From Amoebidium appalachense (Eukaryota > Protista > Ichthyosporea): a stretch of DNA of 64,000 bases. Position numbers and translations under genes: made by a program. Shown here piece after piece: positions 1 through 24,890 of this stretch. The notes under the pieces are model-generated. The model was given only the letters and a program-made list of their open reading frames with translations. It was not told the origin of the DNA and did no database searches. The stretch's first letter is position 1. Each line of letters begins with the position of its first letter. Location of the stretch: NCBI GenBank assembly GCA_963693365.1, contig CAVNZM010000010.1, positions 62,001 to 126,000 of the forward strand, written 5' to 3'.

Positions 1-248
1 CTCCCCCCTTTGCCCAACCCCTCATCCCACCCAACACACCCATCCCTTCCCCCCCCCCCTCCCCCCCCCTCCCCCACCACCACCACCACCATCACCCTCT
101 TATTTTCACCACACACGTGCTCAACACAAAAAAAAACTAACAAGTAAATACAAAACCCCCAAACAAACGTGCAATACACACACAAAATGGCATTAACGCA
201 AACACCAATTGCTCACACACATACCCTACAGCCGTCACAGACAACCGA

Positions 249-6108
<5,860 letters not shown>

Positions 6109-7605
6109 TAGACGACCAATGGGTGCGAGTCTAGCACGTGATTCAAGGAGAGGGATTGGTTGGTTCGTTATATGTACGCGTGATAAGTGGCTGGGGGTGA
6201 AGGGAGCTGCTTTTTTCTGTTTTTCTTTTCTTTTTTTTTTTGGTTTGTTTGTCTTTTGGGCGGATGAGTGGTGTCACATAATTGTGAGTGGTGGTAGCAG
6301 GCTGGAATGAATACGTCAGGGGAATTCAAGGGGTTTAAAGTTTGAAGTTCAAAGTCAATCAAACACCAAAGCAAACAAGAAAAGAGCACGGCCACACTTG
6401 AATCTTTTAAATATTCGCTGTTGGTTTTTTCCCGTCCAAGCTGATCATGTTTTGCTTCTACTTAAGAATCTTTGTTTCCACAAAAAGTTGTTATAATAAA
6501 GAGAGAAGTCAGAAAAAGGAAAAAGTTTTTTTTTTTTTTTTTTGGGAGGGGGGGGGGGGGGGGGGGGAGGGGGGGGGGCTTTATTCGAAGAAGTCAGTAA
6601 GTACATAACATCGAGCAAGCTGAGCCCAATCACTTTGTCTGTATGTCTGGTAGAACGTAGAAACCTCGGGAATAAAGACAAATAAGAAAGTAGCTGGGGT
6701 GAGCATGACACCGGGAGTGTGAAAAACTGGGTGGAAATTTATTCAGAGGGCCCTAAAAAAAAAGGCAAATCAAAGTTGGTAGGACCACCTATAGAAATGC
6801 AAATCCTTCTGAACATAGCAAAAACACTGTACAAGTAAAGTGTGCCCATATATAGGCTGCATGGTCAAGGCCATATCTTGCTAGTGATATGATACACCAA
6901 CGCCTCTCACCTATACCTGATTCGTATCGGGATAACAGCCCCGGGTAATAAGGAGGGGCGGACTTGGGGGGAGGGGGGGGGGGGGGGGGGGACAACCTAG
7001 GGGGGACCCCGGGGGGGGAGGGGGAGGGGGGGGGGGGGGGGGGTTTGACTTCGGACCGTTGCCAGCGTACACATTGCAATTGGAATCTGGAAGGTGTGGA
7101 AGATGTGGGCAATTCAAGTAGTAGCTAGGGCTTATAGGTGTGTGTGGGTGTATGGAGACACTAAAACCAGTGGGTCAGGAAACCTTCAATCATACCATAC
7201 ATCGTTGAGTCCGTCAGTTACTTGCTCTAACGGTTTAAAAAAAAAATGGGCACATGGAAGGGGGGAGGGGGGAAGGGGGGGCATACTACTAGTAGATTGA
7301 AGCCGAGCTAGGAGGGCGGGAGGGGAAGGTATAACGATATATGTTCTTGGGTCAACGCAATAGCTTTCTTTGCTTTCTTTTTTTTTTCTTTTTTTCTTTT
7401 TTTTTTTTGAGGGGGGGGGGGGGGGGGGGGGGGGGAGGGGGGGGGAGGGGGGGAATAGCGGGTAGGTAAGTATGCAGTGCATCATTATGATAGCTGAAGC
7501 ATGTACAAGCGGTTGAACTGATTGGTTGGAATCATCTTTCGTTTTCCCTGGATCTTGGGCAAAGACTGAGGGGGGGGGAGGGGGAGGGGGAGGGTGGGGA
7601 GGGTG

Positions 7606-7647
<42 letters not shown>

Positions 7648-8829
7648 GGGAAATAGAACAACGTTGAAAAACAAAAACAAAACAAAAAGGAGAGTAAACT
7701 ATAATGGGGGGGGGGGGGGGGGGGGGATGGGGGGGATTCACATTTCTTATGGGCCGGGTGTGGGAAGGTGTGTGCGTGTGGTGTGTCTATGTTTGTGTGT
7801 GTGTGTGTGTGTGTGTGCGCGTGTATTACGTACGCGTGTGGTTGCGCGTGCGCGTGCGCGCGCGCGCGCGTGTATGTGTGTGTGTGTGTATGTGTGTGTG
7901 TATATGTGTGTGTGTGTATGTGTGTGTGTGTATGTGTGTGTGTGTGTGTGTGTGTGTATACGTGTAGCACGTGTGGCTATGCGTGCATGTATACATGTAC
8001 TATGTGGACACTGTGTGTGTGTGTGTGCGTGTATCACGTGTGGATGTATGTTGTAGAGGGGAAATAGAAGGGAAATAGATGACAGAGTGTTTGTGTGTGT
8101 ACTACGGTCGAAAGCGCAATGCTAAGTTTTTGTGTTCTTTGTGTTTTCCCATGTGTGCTAAGAGCTTGTATATACCATGTGGCCACCTCCATAGATATAA
8201 CCAAGGAATACAAGTTTGCACAGCACCGAAAAAAAACATTTGGTTGTTATAAAGGAAAAAAGCAGGAATAAAATTTTAAAAAAACGATAAATATTTCATA
8301 GGATACTCGATTGCCTACGGTAATGCGTGATGTATGGAGAGGCGCTACCTATACCCTGTCAACATATGATAGTTCTTAGTACATTTAGAAGTTTGAGCAT
8401 ATGGCGTATGAAATGTGTGTGTGGCTGAGTCAGGGGGCCGGTGTGTGTGTGTGTGTGTGTGTGTGGTGGCTGGAGGGGGGCTCGGGCCCTCTGTGTTTGT
8501 TGGTGTGTGCGTGTGCTCGCATGCGAATGTGTGGGAGAGGGAGGGAGAGTGTCTGCATCACACACGCGAGCGCCTCCGTGTGTGTGTGTCCTTGCGTGTG
8601 TGGTCGGTCGAGAGGGGGACGTGTGTGTGTGCATTGCAATGTGTTCATGCAAATGTACATGCACACACACAAATTGTGTGTCAAGTGTCGTGTTTGCGCA
8701 ATGCGAGTGTGCGTGTGTATGTTAATGTGCGTGCACGTGCATGAGAGAGAGTCAAGGGGTGTGTTGGGGGCGCCAGGCTGCAAACACACACATGTGCAAA
8801 GCCAAAGCCTGTGCTTGCAAGACTTTTGT

Positions 8830-8860
<31 letters not shown>

Positions 8861-9498
8861 GGGGGGGAGGGGGGGAGGGAGGTGAAGGAGAAAATACACG
8901 ATTCCGGTCAAACTACCAATCAGAACTGCCCAAAATCTAGATGCTGTTGTGTACCTACCCTCCTTGTTGTGACATATGGCATAATCGACAACCATCGGCT
9001 AAATTTTAAGACCCAATAGTTAGCAAGTGGTCCAATCTTGAACTCTATACACTTGCGCGTCGCCATTCAAAGTATTTAAATATTAATAGGACAATTTTAA
9101 AATGTTATAACTCAGCTGGCTGATTCAGCTAAGCCAGCCGGGATCCTGACTTAACAGCCCTGGTTATAATGCCGTGATTGCATGCCTCAGGAAGAACACT
9201 CTGTGCACCCAAGAAAAATTCTCGGCATCCATGCAGTGGCGAAAAGGGGTCACACTTCTCACACCAGAGATCGAGGGACCATGTTCTTACGTTTATTTGC
9301 TACTAGCGCTATGTTCGTGGCCTAAGCCTAATATATATGTATGTATACCACGTCTATACAGCCAAAACCCGCGCATACCAACAGCCACTCACGGAATGGC
9401 AAGCTACGCAATCATACGTCACACAGTGATACGCAATCATATAAAACTTACTACTACTACTAAGATACCTTCGCTCACTTCACACTCTCTTCGTTTCC

Positions 9499-13811
<4,313 letters not shown>

Positions 13812-13939
13812 GTTTGACACCCAGGTGGAAAAGAAAAATCGAAAATGTCACAAGGTATCACAAAATTGAGATCCGACCTGGTGCGTCAACTGAGGGGACG
13901 GAAAGGCCGTGGGGGAGTTTTGTCGTTGCTGCGGGGGCC

Positions 13940-14110
13940 CAATTTTTCCCCAACCAATCAGAGCGTGCGCCTAGCGGCAACAAAGTCCTGCGACTCTAGT
14001 TGTTGTTTGGCTCAGAACGAACCAAGATACCCAAACGGCATTTGATTGGCCAATAAGAGCACACAGTCATTACCAATGCGCAGATTTTTGGGACTTGTCA
14101 ATTGGTCCTT
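13940..14110 (-). promoter_or_regulatory. Probable GFAT promoter with clustered CCAAT boxes
   Basis: ccaat/attgg at about 13953, 14045-14053, 14073 and 14101, which is 140-300 bp upstream of the ATG. Function is inferred. Confidence 0.5.
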
Positions 14111-16095
14111 ATTTCCTCAATATTCGAAAATGTTGAGCACCAAAGGTGAAAAACAGTTTAATATGATTATTTCTTGATATTAGACATGTCATATCTATTT
14201 GTGCTGTAATTACCTGCACGTTTCTGCACGATAGGAGCACGCGGCCAAACGGCTCAGGGCTGCCTTCCTCATAGCAAAATGTAGGGGCGGTAAAAAGGCT
14301 GCGTGATTCCCGTTAGTGGCTTACCGCCGACGCGGCCGATGTGTACGATGGGCGAGCCTCCGCGAGGCTGGTGGTCCTGACCAAGCTTTCTACCGCACTG
14401 ATTATTTATGAAATGGCACAGAAAATATAGGTGTGGCTATGAGAGTTCTGTAATTAGGCAGCAGCGCTCTCCAAATAAACAGTCATAACAGTGGTGTTAC
14501 TGTATTAAGATGCTCAGATTCCGGATGTCAGCCGCATAGATGAAATAGATGAGTTTATTAGGACTGCCTATCAACGGTAATCTATTAGCGTGACATGCCT
14601 CGAATAACTACCTATCAAATAATTTCCTTTCTTATCAAGAGCCGATACGTTCTGTGGCATAAATGCGTAACCCAATCAAAACTATGTCACTATGGTTCTT
14701 GAATGGGCATGGGGCAAGGAATTCCACATATGCGTGGAAACGAACACATGTAGATGCGTTCCCAACAAATTTACTATTAGGCTTGAGCTATTTTCTTAGA
14801 TTTTTAACCCAAAAGCTATCCATTACTAAAAACAAGCAAAAACAACACAAGCCTTTTTTTGCCCCCTCAAAACACCACCAGAGTGCATAGATTCTCCAAG
14901 TACCTGTCCTTCCACATTAGGAAAGCTATAATTTACAACCAATCAGACGCGCCTCAATATCTAGGGGAACACCAATCGTTCACACCAGCGATACATTCTG
15001 GACCAATCAAATCCATGCTTCTTGGGCATCTTGCGCCGCGCCCGTTTATGACGAAACGACATTTGTAACAAACACGTGTAGGGGCCAACACTTTGCATTA
15101 GACATGTCACAAGGTGACTTATTCATTCATTTTTCATAATCATGCTCATGTTTTTGAAACAAAATCACAACCATGTAATAGAGAAGAGAAACATAAAACA
15201 TAGTTTTTGGGTTGGTGAGTTGGTGTGGTGCGAACCTAGTCGTGCAAAAATTGCAGTTGCGGTTTTCAGTTGTGTACGAAGGAATTAATGTAGTAACTGG
15301 ATTGGAAATATGGTGGCTCCTTCATTATTACTACACAGGCATAGAGAAAGAGCTCAGCAATCACGTGTTTGGCGCACATGTCACTGTTTTTGTGATAGCA
15401 AAACCGCAAAACTCCCCTTCGAAGTTCATGTTGTTGGAGAAAAGCCCGGCCCCAAATTTGGTCGTGGCGAAAAAAGCAATTGCAGCTGAAACCTTTCAAG
15501 CAAGTCAAATTCATGTTGGATACCAGGAAGACGTGTTGAATTTGGTTGGTAGGTGAAGGACAAGGTGACGGATGCTGCCGCACGCTCCTTGAAATCCCGG
15601 GAAATATAAAGGTGGGTTTACCCTGTCCGCATTTGTCAGCAAAAAGCCTTGGAATGAAGTGCCCAAGCACTGCTGACAAAGGCTACAAAACACAATGTGT
15701 AACTACGTGTTGGATGTGACAGCCACAACACACACATACTACACCTTGTCTGGGACACACACACACGCGCGCGCGCGCGCTCGCGCACACACGCACGCAC
15801 GCACGCACGCACGCACGCACACGCACACACGCACACACACACATACACACACGCTATATCCACATGCATTCACACCGTCTTGTTCACACTCCTTTACGCA
15901 CACAAAAGTGCGATAAATACACGCCATCGCATCAGTAGTCTCGCCCTCCGTGTTTGCTGCACCTCAAATTTAGGTTCCCATTAATACTGTGTTGCCGAAA
16001 CTTTCTGACACTAAGCTCAGTCCTAAACACAAAAGCATCGGCCGGAAACTAACACACACCTGACATGGCATCATTATTGCCCTCTTCCCTTCTCC

Positions 16096-16132
<37 letters not shown>

Positions 16133-16383
16133 TTCCCCTACACACACACACATGACATATCGAGTGCCGCACAGTGAACACGCCCAATGTGATACGATTG
16201 CATTATTGGGATACACCATGAGTTAGAGTTTACGGTGTTGCATGCGGCACAAAATGTTACAATAGCTCGCAAACCCCCTGTAGCTATTCCGTTAGTGTAA
16301 TATAGAGTTAGACACTGTTTCACGTTTGCACAAACTACATGCGACAAGGTGTATGGCATCGCGTTCGCACACACACACAGCTT

Positions 16384-16429
<46 letters not shown>

Positions 16430-16629
16430 CGCGCACGCACACACACACGGTTACACACACGTACACACACACACACACGGATTTGTGAAAGTAGACCCAC
16501 ATGTACATGGTTGGAGGGCACAGCAGTCATACCGTTTGAAATAAAAAGCAAGAGAGAGAGCCATTATGATGTGCAACACAGTGTATGTACTTCATTTCTG
16601 GATCTCTGCATCTCCGGGTCTCCCCCCCC

Positions 16630-16675
16630 TCCCTATCAGTTGTTCATGTGTACTTGTACTTTATGACGCTTCAAC

Positions 16676-16708
<33 letters not shown>

Positions 16709-16812
16709 ACCCACCCACCCAAGGGAGGTCACTCTTTGTTGTGTGTGCTGTGCAAACCCCCTTGTATTTTCTGTCGTTCCCTTCACTTCAATTGCACGCT
16801 CCAGGACATTTT

Positions 16813-16860
<48 letters not shown>

Positions 16861-17750
16861 AAGTTCTCTCCACCCCACGCATGACATTTGTCTTGTCCTT
16901 TGACTTCTCTTCCTCAACAAACAAACCCTCCGGACAATGCATGAATCCCCCCCCCCCCCCCCCCCCCCCCCCAAGGAGTATGGGCTCTGCTGATTACGCA
17001 TACTCTTGTGTGTGGTTTGTACTTTGCATCGCGTTGTTCGTTGTTTATGTGTACTTCGTACTCTATAGCGCATTCAACCCCCCTCCCCCCTCTTCCCCCC
17101 TTCATCCTTCCCCCCCACAGACACACACACACGCGCACAGGCACCCCCCACCCCCCGCGGACTGTGGATGGCTTGGGCCCTCCCTGAGGATGGGCTTTGG
17201 TCATGATGCATCTCGTTGTGTGCTTCACCAATCCTGCATTGTGCTGTCCGCCATGAATGCCGTGAAGGTGTACGCACTTTGTACCCTGCTCTGCCCTTCC
17301 CCCCCCCCCCCTGAGGATGGGCTCTGTATATTATGCATACTCTTTATGTATGGTTTGCATTCTGCATCGTGTTATCCGTTGTTCTTGTGTACTTCGTACT
17401 TTATGACGCATTCAACCCCCCCCCCCCCCCCCCCCCCCCCGGGGAGGTGAATATGTCTAAAGCTCAGGTACTGTGGATGACGTGGGCCCCCTTTGAGGAT
17501 AGGCTCTGCGTATTATGCATACGTAATGTGTGGTTTACACTCTGAAGCAGCTGTCTGTTGTTTATGTGTACTTCATACTTTATAACGCATTCAACCTCCC
17601 CCCCCCCCCCCCTCCCCCCCCCCCCCCCCCCCCCAATCCCCGACGAGGATGGGCTCCACTTAAAATGCATGTTCTTTTTGTGTGCCCTCATAGAATCTGC
17701 ATCGTGTTGTCCAACTTACGGTGTATTTTTGTAACAAATTCTCAAACCCC
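16630..17750 (+). repeat. Array of ~6 diverged copies of the poly(C)-associated retroposon-like end
   Basis: Units such as cctgaggatgggctctg...gtgtacttcgtacttt.tgacgcattcaac-(C)n at ~16630, 16975, 17160, 17310, 17441 and 17636, separated by C-tracts. Confidence 0.85.
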
Positions 17751-17934
17751 CCCCCCCCCCCCTAGGCCTCCCCTCCCGAAACACACACACACGCCTTCTG
17801 GAGGATGTTGGAGCCTATGCACGTGCCTAGGGTAATGTGGCGGTGAATGTGTGTGCGAGTGCAGTGTGTCTGTGTCTCTCTCCGTGTGTGTGCTGCGACG
17901 CAGTGGGGAGGGGGGAATGGAGGGAAGAGAGAGG

Positions 17935-17993
<59 letters not shown>

Positions 17994-18676
17994 GCAGGCC
18001 CATTAATATTTTGGCATCCGATCTCACGTTTTATTATTACACACACGTCTGATGTTACACACCAACCGACTTGCTCAATCCACATCTTTTTCACCCATAT
18101 ATAGGTAAAATTACAAAGCTCCTAAGCTCTACTGAATTCCCTCTATGTTCTTCCGTCAATCGTCTTGACTTATGACTTCTGAAGCTACAGTTTTGGTTAC
18201 ACATCACAAAAAATGTGAAGGAAGGGAAGTGGGGATGGGGGAACTAAATGTGTTATCCTTCATGCATTATGCAAGCACTCGACATCGGTCTTTAAACATT
18301 CAGTTTTCAGTACTAGTCTGACGAGGTCAATCATATCAACAGCGGATTCGCAAACATCATGTGATCCTACGGGAAGTGATTGCATTAGTGTGTTCTCTAG
18401 CTGTTTGCGTACTATTCAATGACGGATCGTCGGTTCACAGCACATGTAAAGATTTTCTATAGAGCTGTCATGCATATCGGCCAATAACGGTGTATTGCAT
18501 CGGATCTTTGGTGACAGTCATTTCAGGCCGTTCTAAGCACGGAAAAGGCTAAACAAAACAATAACTTGATTGGTTACACCGATAAATCTATCCCTGTGAA
18601 TATCTCTACAGGTTAACTATAAAAAGCTCTAATCACAACACCAAGATTAACTCTGATAAAAATTAACCAACGAGCC

Positions 18677-20605
18677 TTATAGGCTGATTTCTTGGTACTC
18701 AGCAGTGAGCTGCCTGACCTGCTGAAGGGCAACCCGCACCCTGTCCCATGCAACCTCGAGTCTCTGTGGAGTCATTCCTGACTTGCTCGTGTGCATGTGT
18801 GTGTGTGTGTGTGCGTGTGCACGTGGTGGTGGTGGTTGTGGTGGTGTGTGTGTGTGTGTGTGTGTGTGTGGAGGGGAGAGGGAGGTATGTGGGCACGTGT
18901 GTGTGTGTGTGTCAGGGTGAGGGGGGGGGAGGTTAGAATGCGTTAAATAAATTATTAGCACACAGTACCCCAACCACACCTACACATGCACACAGCACCT
19001 TACTTCACCCACACATGCACACATTACCCTACCCACGCTTGCACACAGTACCCTACCCACACCCACATATGCATATGCAGTACCCTACCCACACATGTAC
19101 GCATTACCCACACATGCGCACAAAACCACTCATGCACACAGTACCCTCCACATACATACGCATACAGTACCCTGCACACACTACCCACACATATGCACTG
19201 TCTCCATACCTGCACACAGTACCACACATGCACACAGTACCCAGACATCCACACAGTACCCACACATGCACGCAGTACCACACGTGCACACAGTCCCACA
19301 CATGCACACAGTATCACACATGCACACAATACAACACATGCACACAGTATCACACATGCACACAGTACCACACATGCACACAGTATCACACATGCACACA
19401 GTATCACACATGCACACAGTATCACACATGAACACATTATTACACATGCACACAGCACCCACACATGTCCACCCTACACTGACGTGCACACAGAACCGTG
19501 CCCAAACATGCACACCGTACCCTACCCACACATGCACACAGTACCACACACTACCCACACGTATACACTGTCTCCATACATGCACACAGTACCACACACT
19601 ACCCACACGTATACACTGTCTCCATACATGCACACAGTACCACACACTACCCACACGTATACACTGTCTCCATACATGCACACAGTACCACACATGCACA
19701 CAGTACGCACCAATGCCTTGCTGTAAGCAGCAACCAACCGCTCCTCAGCCTCCTTCAGCTGCCGGCGGAGACCTTGGCGTTGCATTAAAGACACTGCCTG
19801 GGCATGCAGTCTGGTGGGACAGAATTAAAGAATGAGGGCATCGTTCAAGTTAAAGGGCCTGTTTGGCAGCCGAAAATAATCGTATTCGTGTCATTCTGCG
19901 AAAAGACGAATAATCGTGTTCACAAAACTATTTTCTGGTATGCGTATTCAGGGGCAATGATACGATTATGGCATACCAAACACGCCTAAAGACGCTCCAG
20001 GTTCGGACTGCAACACAAAATCTCGATACGACAAAAGAATGCGCAATATCATCCTACGTACGATTTCATTGGTAGTCGATCGTCCAATCGCAAATTAGAA
20101 CGGCGTACGGCGATTCGATTGGCTAAAAGTTATATTGTCTTTTCGAAAATAACCTCCGGAGGTGACTTTCGAAAAGACGATATAATTCGACGTCCAACGC
20201 ATTTATCGTGTCCGGAAAGCTGTGGCGTGTTTGGCAGTGCACAGTGTTATCACGCGAAAAGACGAATACGATAAAGACAGGATATAACTGCACTGCCAAA
20301 CAGGCCCTAAGTATAAGGAGGGTCTATATCAAAAGGTGGCTGTTTTTTTTACCCACGTGGGTGCACGTATGCGCGCGCGCGTGCACACACAAACACACAA
20401 GCACAAACACACACACACTCACACATACACTCACACATACACACACACATACACACACACAGCACACACACACACGAAGTACGCACAAAAGGAGTATACA
20501 TCAAAACTAGAGCCCAAGGGCCATCCACAGCAAGCCACTTTCAACTCATTTTTACACATACATGGCTCCGAGGAGGTAGAGGGGTGGGTGGGTTTTGGGG
20601 GAGAT

Positions 20606-20636
<31 letters not shown>

Positions 20637-21653
20637 GCATGTGTGTGTAAACCACAGGGTACAAAGAAGGCGGGGGATGGTGATGGGGTGGTGTGGAAGG
20701 ATGGGGGGGAGGGGAGGGGGGAGGGAACGTGGGGGCGGGGAGGGGGGAGGGGGTTTGAATGCGTCAAAAAGTACGAAGTACACAAGAACAAACGGATAAC
20801 ACGATGCAGAATGCAAGCCATACATAAAGTGTATGCATAATAAGCAGAGCCCATCCTCAGGGGGGGCCCACGTCATCCACAGTACCCGAGTTTCGACCTA
20901 TTCACCTCGTTAACGAAACCCAACTCAGATACTGTTTCACTTGAACATGGGTAGGTCACCCGTCTTGATCAGAGACGAGCAGGGTTGCTTATGCAGGCAA
21001 GGGCAGTGGGAAAGGCCGGGAGTTAAAGTTGCAGCAGTAAGCAGAAGCAAGAAAAATATAGATAGGAACTCAGGAGACGGGGCTTCTAGGAAGCTCCCCC
21101 GTCGCTACCTAAGTCGATACTTCCCTGGCTAACATACTACACCAGCTGAAAAGAGTTAAGTCCCGAAGGCCGCAGAATTCGCAATCAGAGGGGAAAATAT
21201 GAGATTTGACCCACGCCGCAGGGTAGTAACACGCTTACTAGGGCGGAACTTTAACGTCTTCGAACGGAAAGCTATGCCCCCGGATGTCAGCCGGAAATAT
21301 GGTATCACCCATTGCTTTGGGCTTGAAAAAAGCCAAATCGATAGTCCGAGTTATGCTACGCCGGCGGGTAACATGCCGCATGGGTTCCAAGGGAGCTGTC
21401 GCCAACAGAGCGGTGTTTGCATGCGTGCGCGCAACGCAATGTGTGTCTATAGCTATGAGAGGGGGTATGGAGAAGTGGACAGATGAAGTGTGTGGAGAGA
21501 AAAACAGTAGGAAGAAAAGTAGACACCGGTGTGTGCAATCCCGCACAACATACGCACACACACACACACACACATAAATAAGCGAAGATTACAGGTAATC
21601 AACCAAATCAAATAAATGACAAGCAAAACAACAGGCGCCAAAAAAAAAAAAAA

Positions 21654-21699
<46 letters not shown>

Positions 21700-22738
21700 G
21701 GGGGGGGGGGAAGGGGAGGGGGGTCTTAGGGATGCTGCAGAATCGTCAGATATTAGACAAATCGTACCAATACGATCATTCTCTCATATATGAGAGAAGA
21801 TTGTGACTAACGATGTGCAGAGCTGGTTAAGACCTGTTGAGTGTGCAGAGAAAATGGGAGGGGAAGGAGGAGGGGAAAGGGGAGGGGGGGGGGTCACACT
21901 TTTTCCTGCGGTGGTTGTTGAGTTCACAGAGAGCACGGTGCTGCCACTGCAGTGCAATCAGTTCACACAGATGCTCACTGCGCCCACATGAGGGATGGCT
22001 CTGTGTATGCACATAAAAAAGGGATTAGGCATATGGGATAATATTGCCTGTAGCATGCATGCACATAGGGGTCATACATAACATACAGTGGTCTATACAC
22101 ACAGTGGCTAATTATAAGCCTATAGGGGTCTATACATATACATACAGTGGTCTATACACATAGTGGTCTAATTGTAAGCCTATAGGGGTCTATACAAATA
22201 CAAACAGTGGTCTATACACATAGTGGTCTAATTATAAGCCTATAGGGGTCTATACATACACATACAGTGGTCTATACACATAGTGGTCTAATTATAAGCC
22301 TATAGGGGTCTATACATACAATGCCTATAACCCTAGAAATCAAGCATTCTTGAAGTAAGGCAGCAAGGGAATCATATCGAAAATAAAAATCGGATAGTTG
22401 AAGATGTATGCATCCAGGCTCGTGAAATAACACGACACACGTACAGACATGTGCTCATGAAAACACGTGACAGAAATAATCTTAACCAATGGCTGATGGG
22501 TGGAGAAGCACCTTTTAAACCCCACCGCTCAGTGCTGCCACGCTGATTGAACCAGAACACACCCATGTTCCACATGCGACACACAATTGACCCAGATCGG
22601 GCATGCTTAGTGAACACCCAAGTGTAACAAATGTGTTCATGTTACCCATGAACATGCAGCACACATGAACACACACACACACACACACACAGCACGCACA
22701 CACAAAACACATAAAGCGCGGCCACGCCTACCCCCCCC

Positions 22739-22771
<33 letters not shown>

Positions 22772-23541
22772 ACCCTCCCCCCACACCCACAAACCTTCCC
22801 CCCCCCCCCCCTCCCCCTCCCCCTCCTCCCGCCCTCCCCACCCAACCACCCATCCACCCCCCCCCCCCCCCCCCCCCCACACACACACCTTCTTTATAAC
22901 TTGAGACGCAGTCAACTCCTCCACCAAGCGATCACAGAGACCTACGGGCTGGTTCCTCAAGTCCAGCACCCTGCATGCGCATACCATGTGTTACCATAGC
23001 AACAAATGCTTGCATTCTATTGGTCGAGGTGCAAGGCCCGGCGGCATAGCACTATCTGCAACCCTAATTTTTGGGTACTTTTTAAATGTGTGTGTGGTAG
23101 TTGGCATATCTCTAGTGTGCTGTGCACACCATTGATTGTGGGCAATAAACATCAAAAAAAAAACTTCAAAAAATATATCTCTCTCTAAACAAATACAAAC
23201 TGCACACAGAAGAATGCCACTGATAGGTCTACACACGCACGCACGCACACACACACACACACCACACTAGGCGCTAAACCCTAATTGCCTGGATTGAACA
23301 AAAGCTACGCATGCCCGCATGATCATGGAACGAATCCCGTAACACTATAGATTTTCTTGATTTTCATTGAAGCAATAGATCAATAACCAAACTACATATT
23401 GCCTTTTATGCCATGTGATATGTATTCGTGTTGTGTCATGTCAATAAGTTAATCATACCTAGGTGACGGCTTCGTAGACCTTTCGGTAGCACCCAGAGCA
23501 CCACATGTGACGATATTCTGTGTGTGTTTGCGTATGCGCAG

Positions 23542-23598
<57 letters not shown>

Positions 23599-24389
23599 CG
23601 TGTGCGTGTGCGTGTGTGCGTGTTTGTGTGTGCATGTGTGTGTGTGTGTGTGTGCATGAGTTCGTGTATACGTATGGACCTGGGCAGACGTGCTTGCATG
23701 TGGGTGTGTGAGTGTGCATTTGGTTAACCAGAATGTGCAGGGTTGGTTTGTGAGTGTGCACGGATGCATGCACACACTGACAATCTCTAGTGGTGTGCAT
23801 GTGTGCGCACGCCTAATGGTTAAGTCCAAATCAACGGAACATAAAACGGAAGGGCATATTTGCACATCAGAAACACCACACAACAACAGCTGCCGGTGGA
23901 GCTCAGCCAATAGATAACCCAAAGGAAAAACCGGATTAATTCAAAGAATGTCACAGAGAGGATCACGCTCTATTGAACATACGAGGGCAATAGACGGTAT
24001 CCCATGTTATACTATTACGATATTTCATTGTTATTATAAATCTAGCCATAATCTAACCATTATTAAACCGTACTCCAATCATTCATTGTTATATCAAAAT
24101 CTAACCATTATCAAAACCGTACTCCAATCATTCATTGTTATATCAAAATCTAACCATTATCAAAACCGTACTCCAATCATTCATTGTTATATCAAAATCT
24201 AACCATTATCAAAATCGTGCATTCCGGAAAGAAATCAGGCATGCCGGGGGCCACATCTGGGGAGAACGATACTGCGGAGTAGGGAATGGGAGAGTAAGAG
24301 TGGCATATCGAGGCGTAGGGTTGGGGGGTGGTTTATAAGCTCACTTGTGTGTGTATATGTGGTTTGGTGTGTGTGTCACGGTGTGTGTG

Positions 24390-24477
<88 letters not shown>

Positions 24478-24859
24478 TGTGTGCGTTCGTGTGTTTGCGC
24501 ACGCACACACGTGTGTGTGTGCACGTGTGTTTGTCTGCTAAGGCGAGTCAACCTGTTTTGGTCGATGACAAAAGACCCACGATACCCCGGCGATCGCGGG
24601 AAGGAGGGGGGGGGGGGGGGGGTTACTTTTTCAACAAACACAGCTTTTAGCCGGTCCAATAATGACTCGGCCGGAGAATCGTTTGCAGACTGAGTGGCTG
24701 TATGGTGTCCATGTTTTAGAGATGATGAGTGTAGAGTAAAGGAAAATGAGCAGAAAGGGTGAGAGGGATGGTGTCTTTATTGCATAGGACTAGGAGGTGG
24801 TGTGTTTGTATGTCCCCACTTTTTTTTCTTGCTTCTTCTTCTTCTTCTTTTTTTTTTCT

Positions 24860-24890
<31 letters not shown>

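Noticed and set aside
13812-14500. glmS ribozyme upstream of GFAT/GlmS
   Set aside because: The core sequences AGCGCC and GACGAGG were not found on the sense (minus) strand
15212-15693. Overlapping ORFs of 114, 137 and 60 aa
   Set aside because: No recognisable motif or consistent splice model; could still be a decayed gene or transposon
23840-23922. Extra Ada3 exon ([13 protein letters not shown])
   Set aside because: No convincing acceptor, and the flanking exons already join in phase as FVEK|NIV
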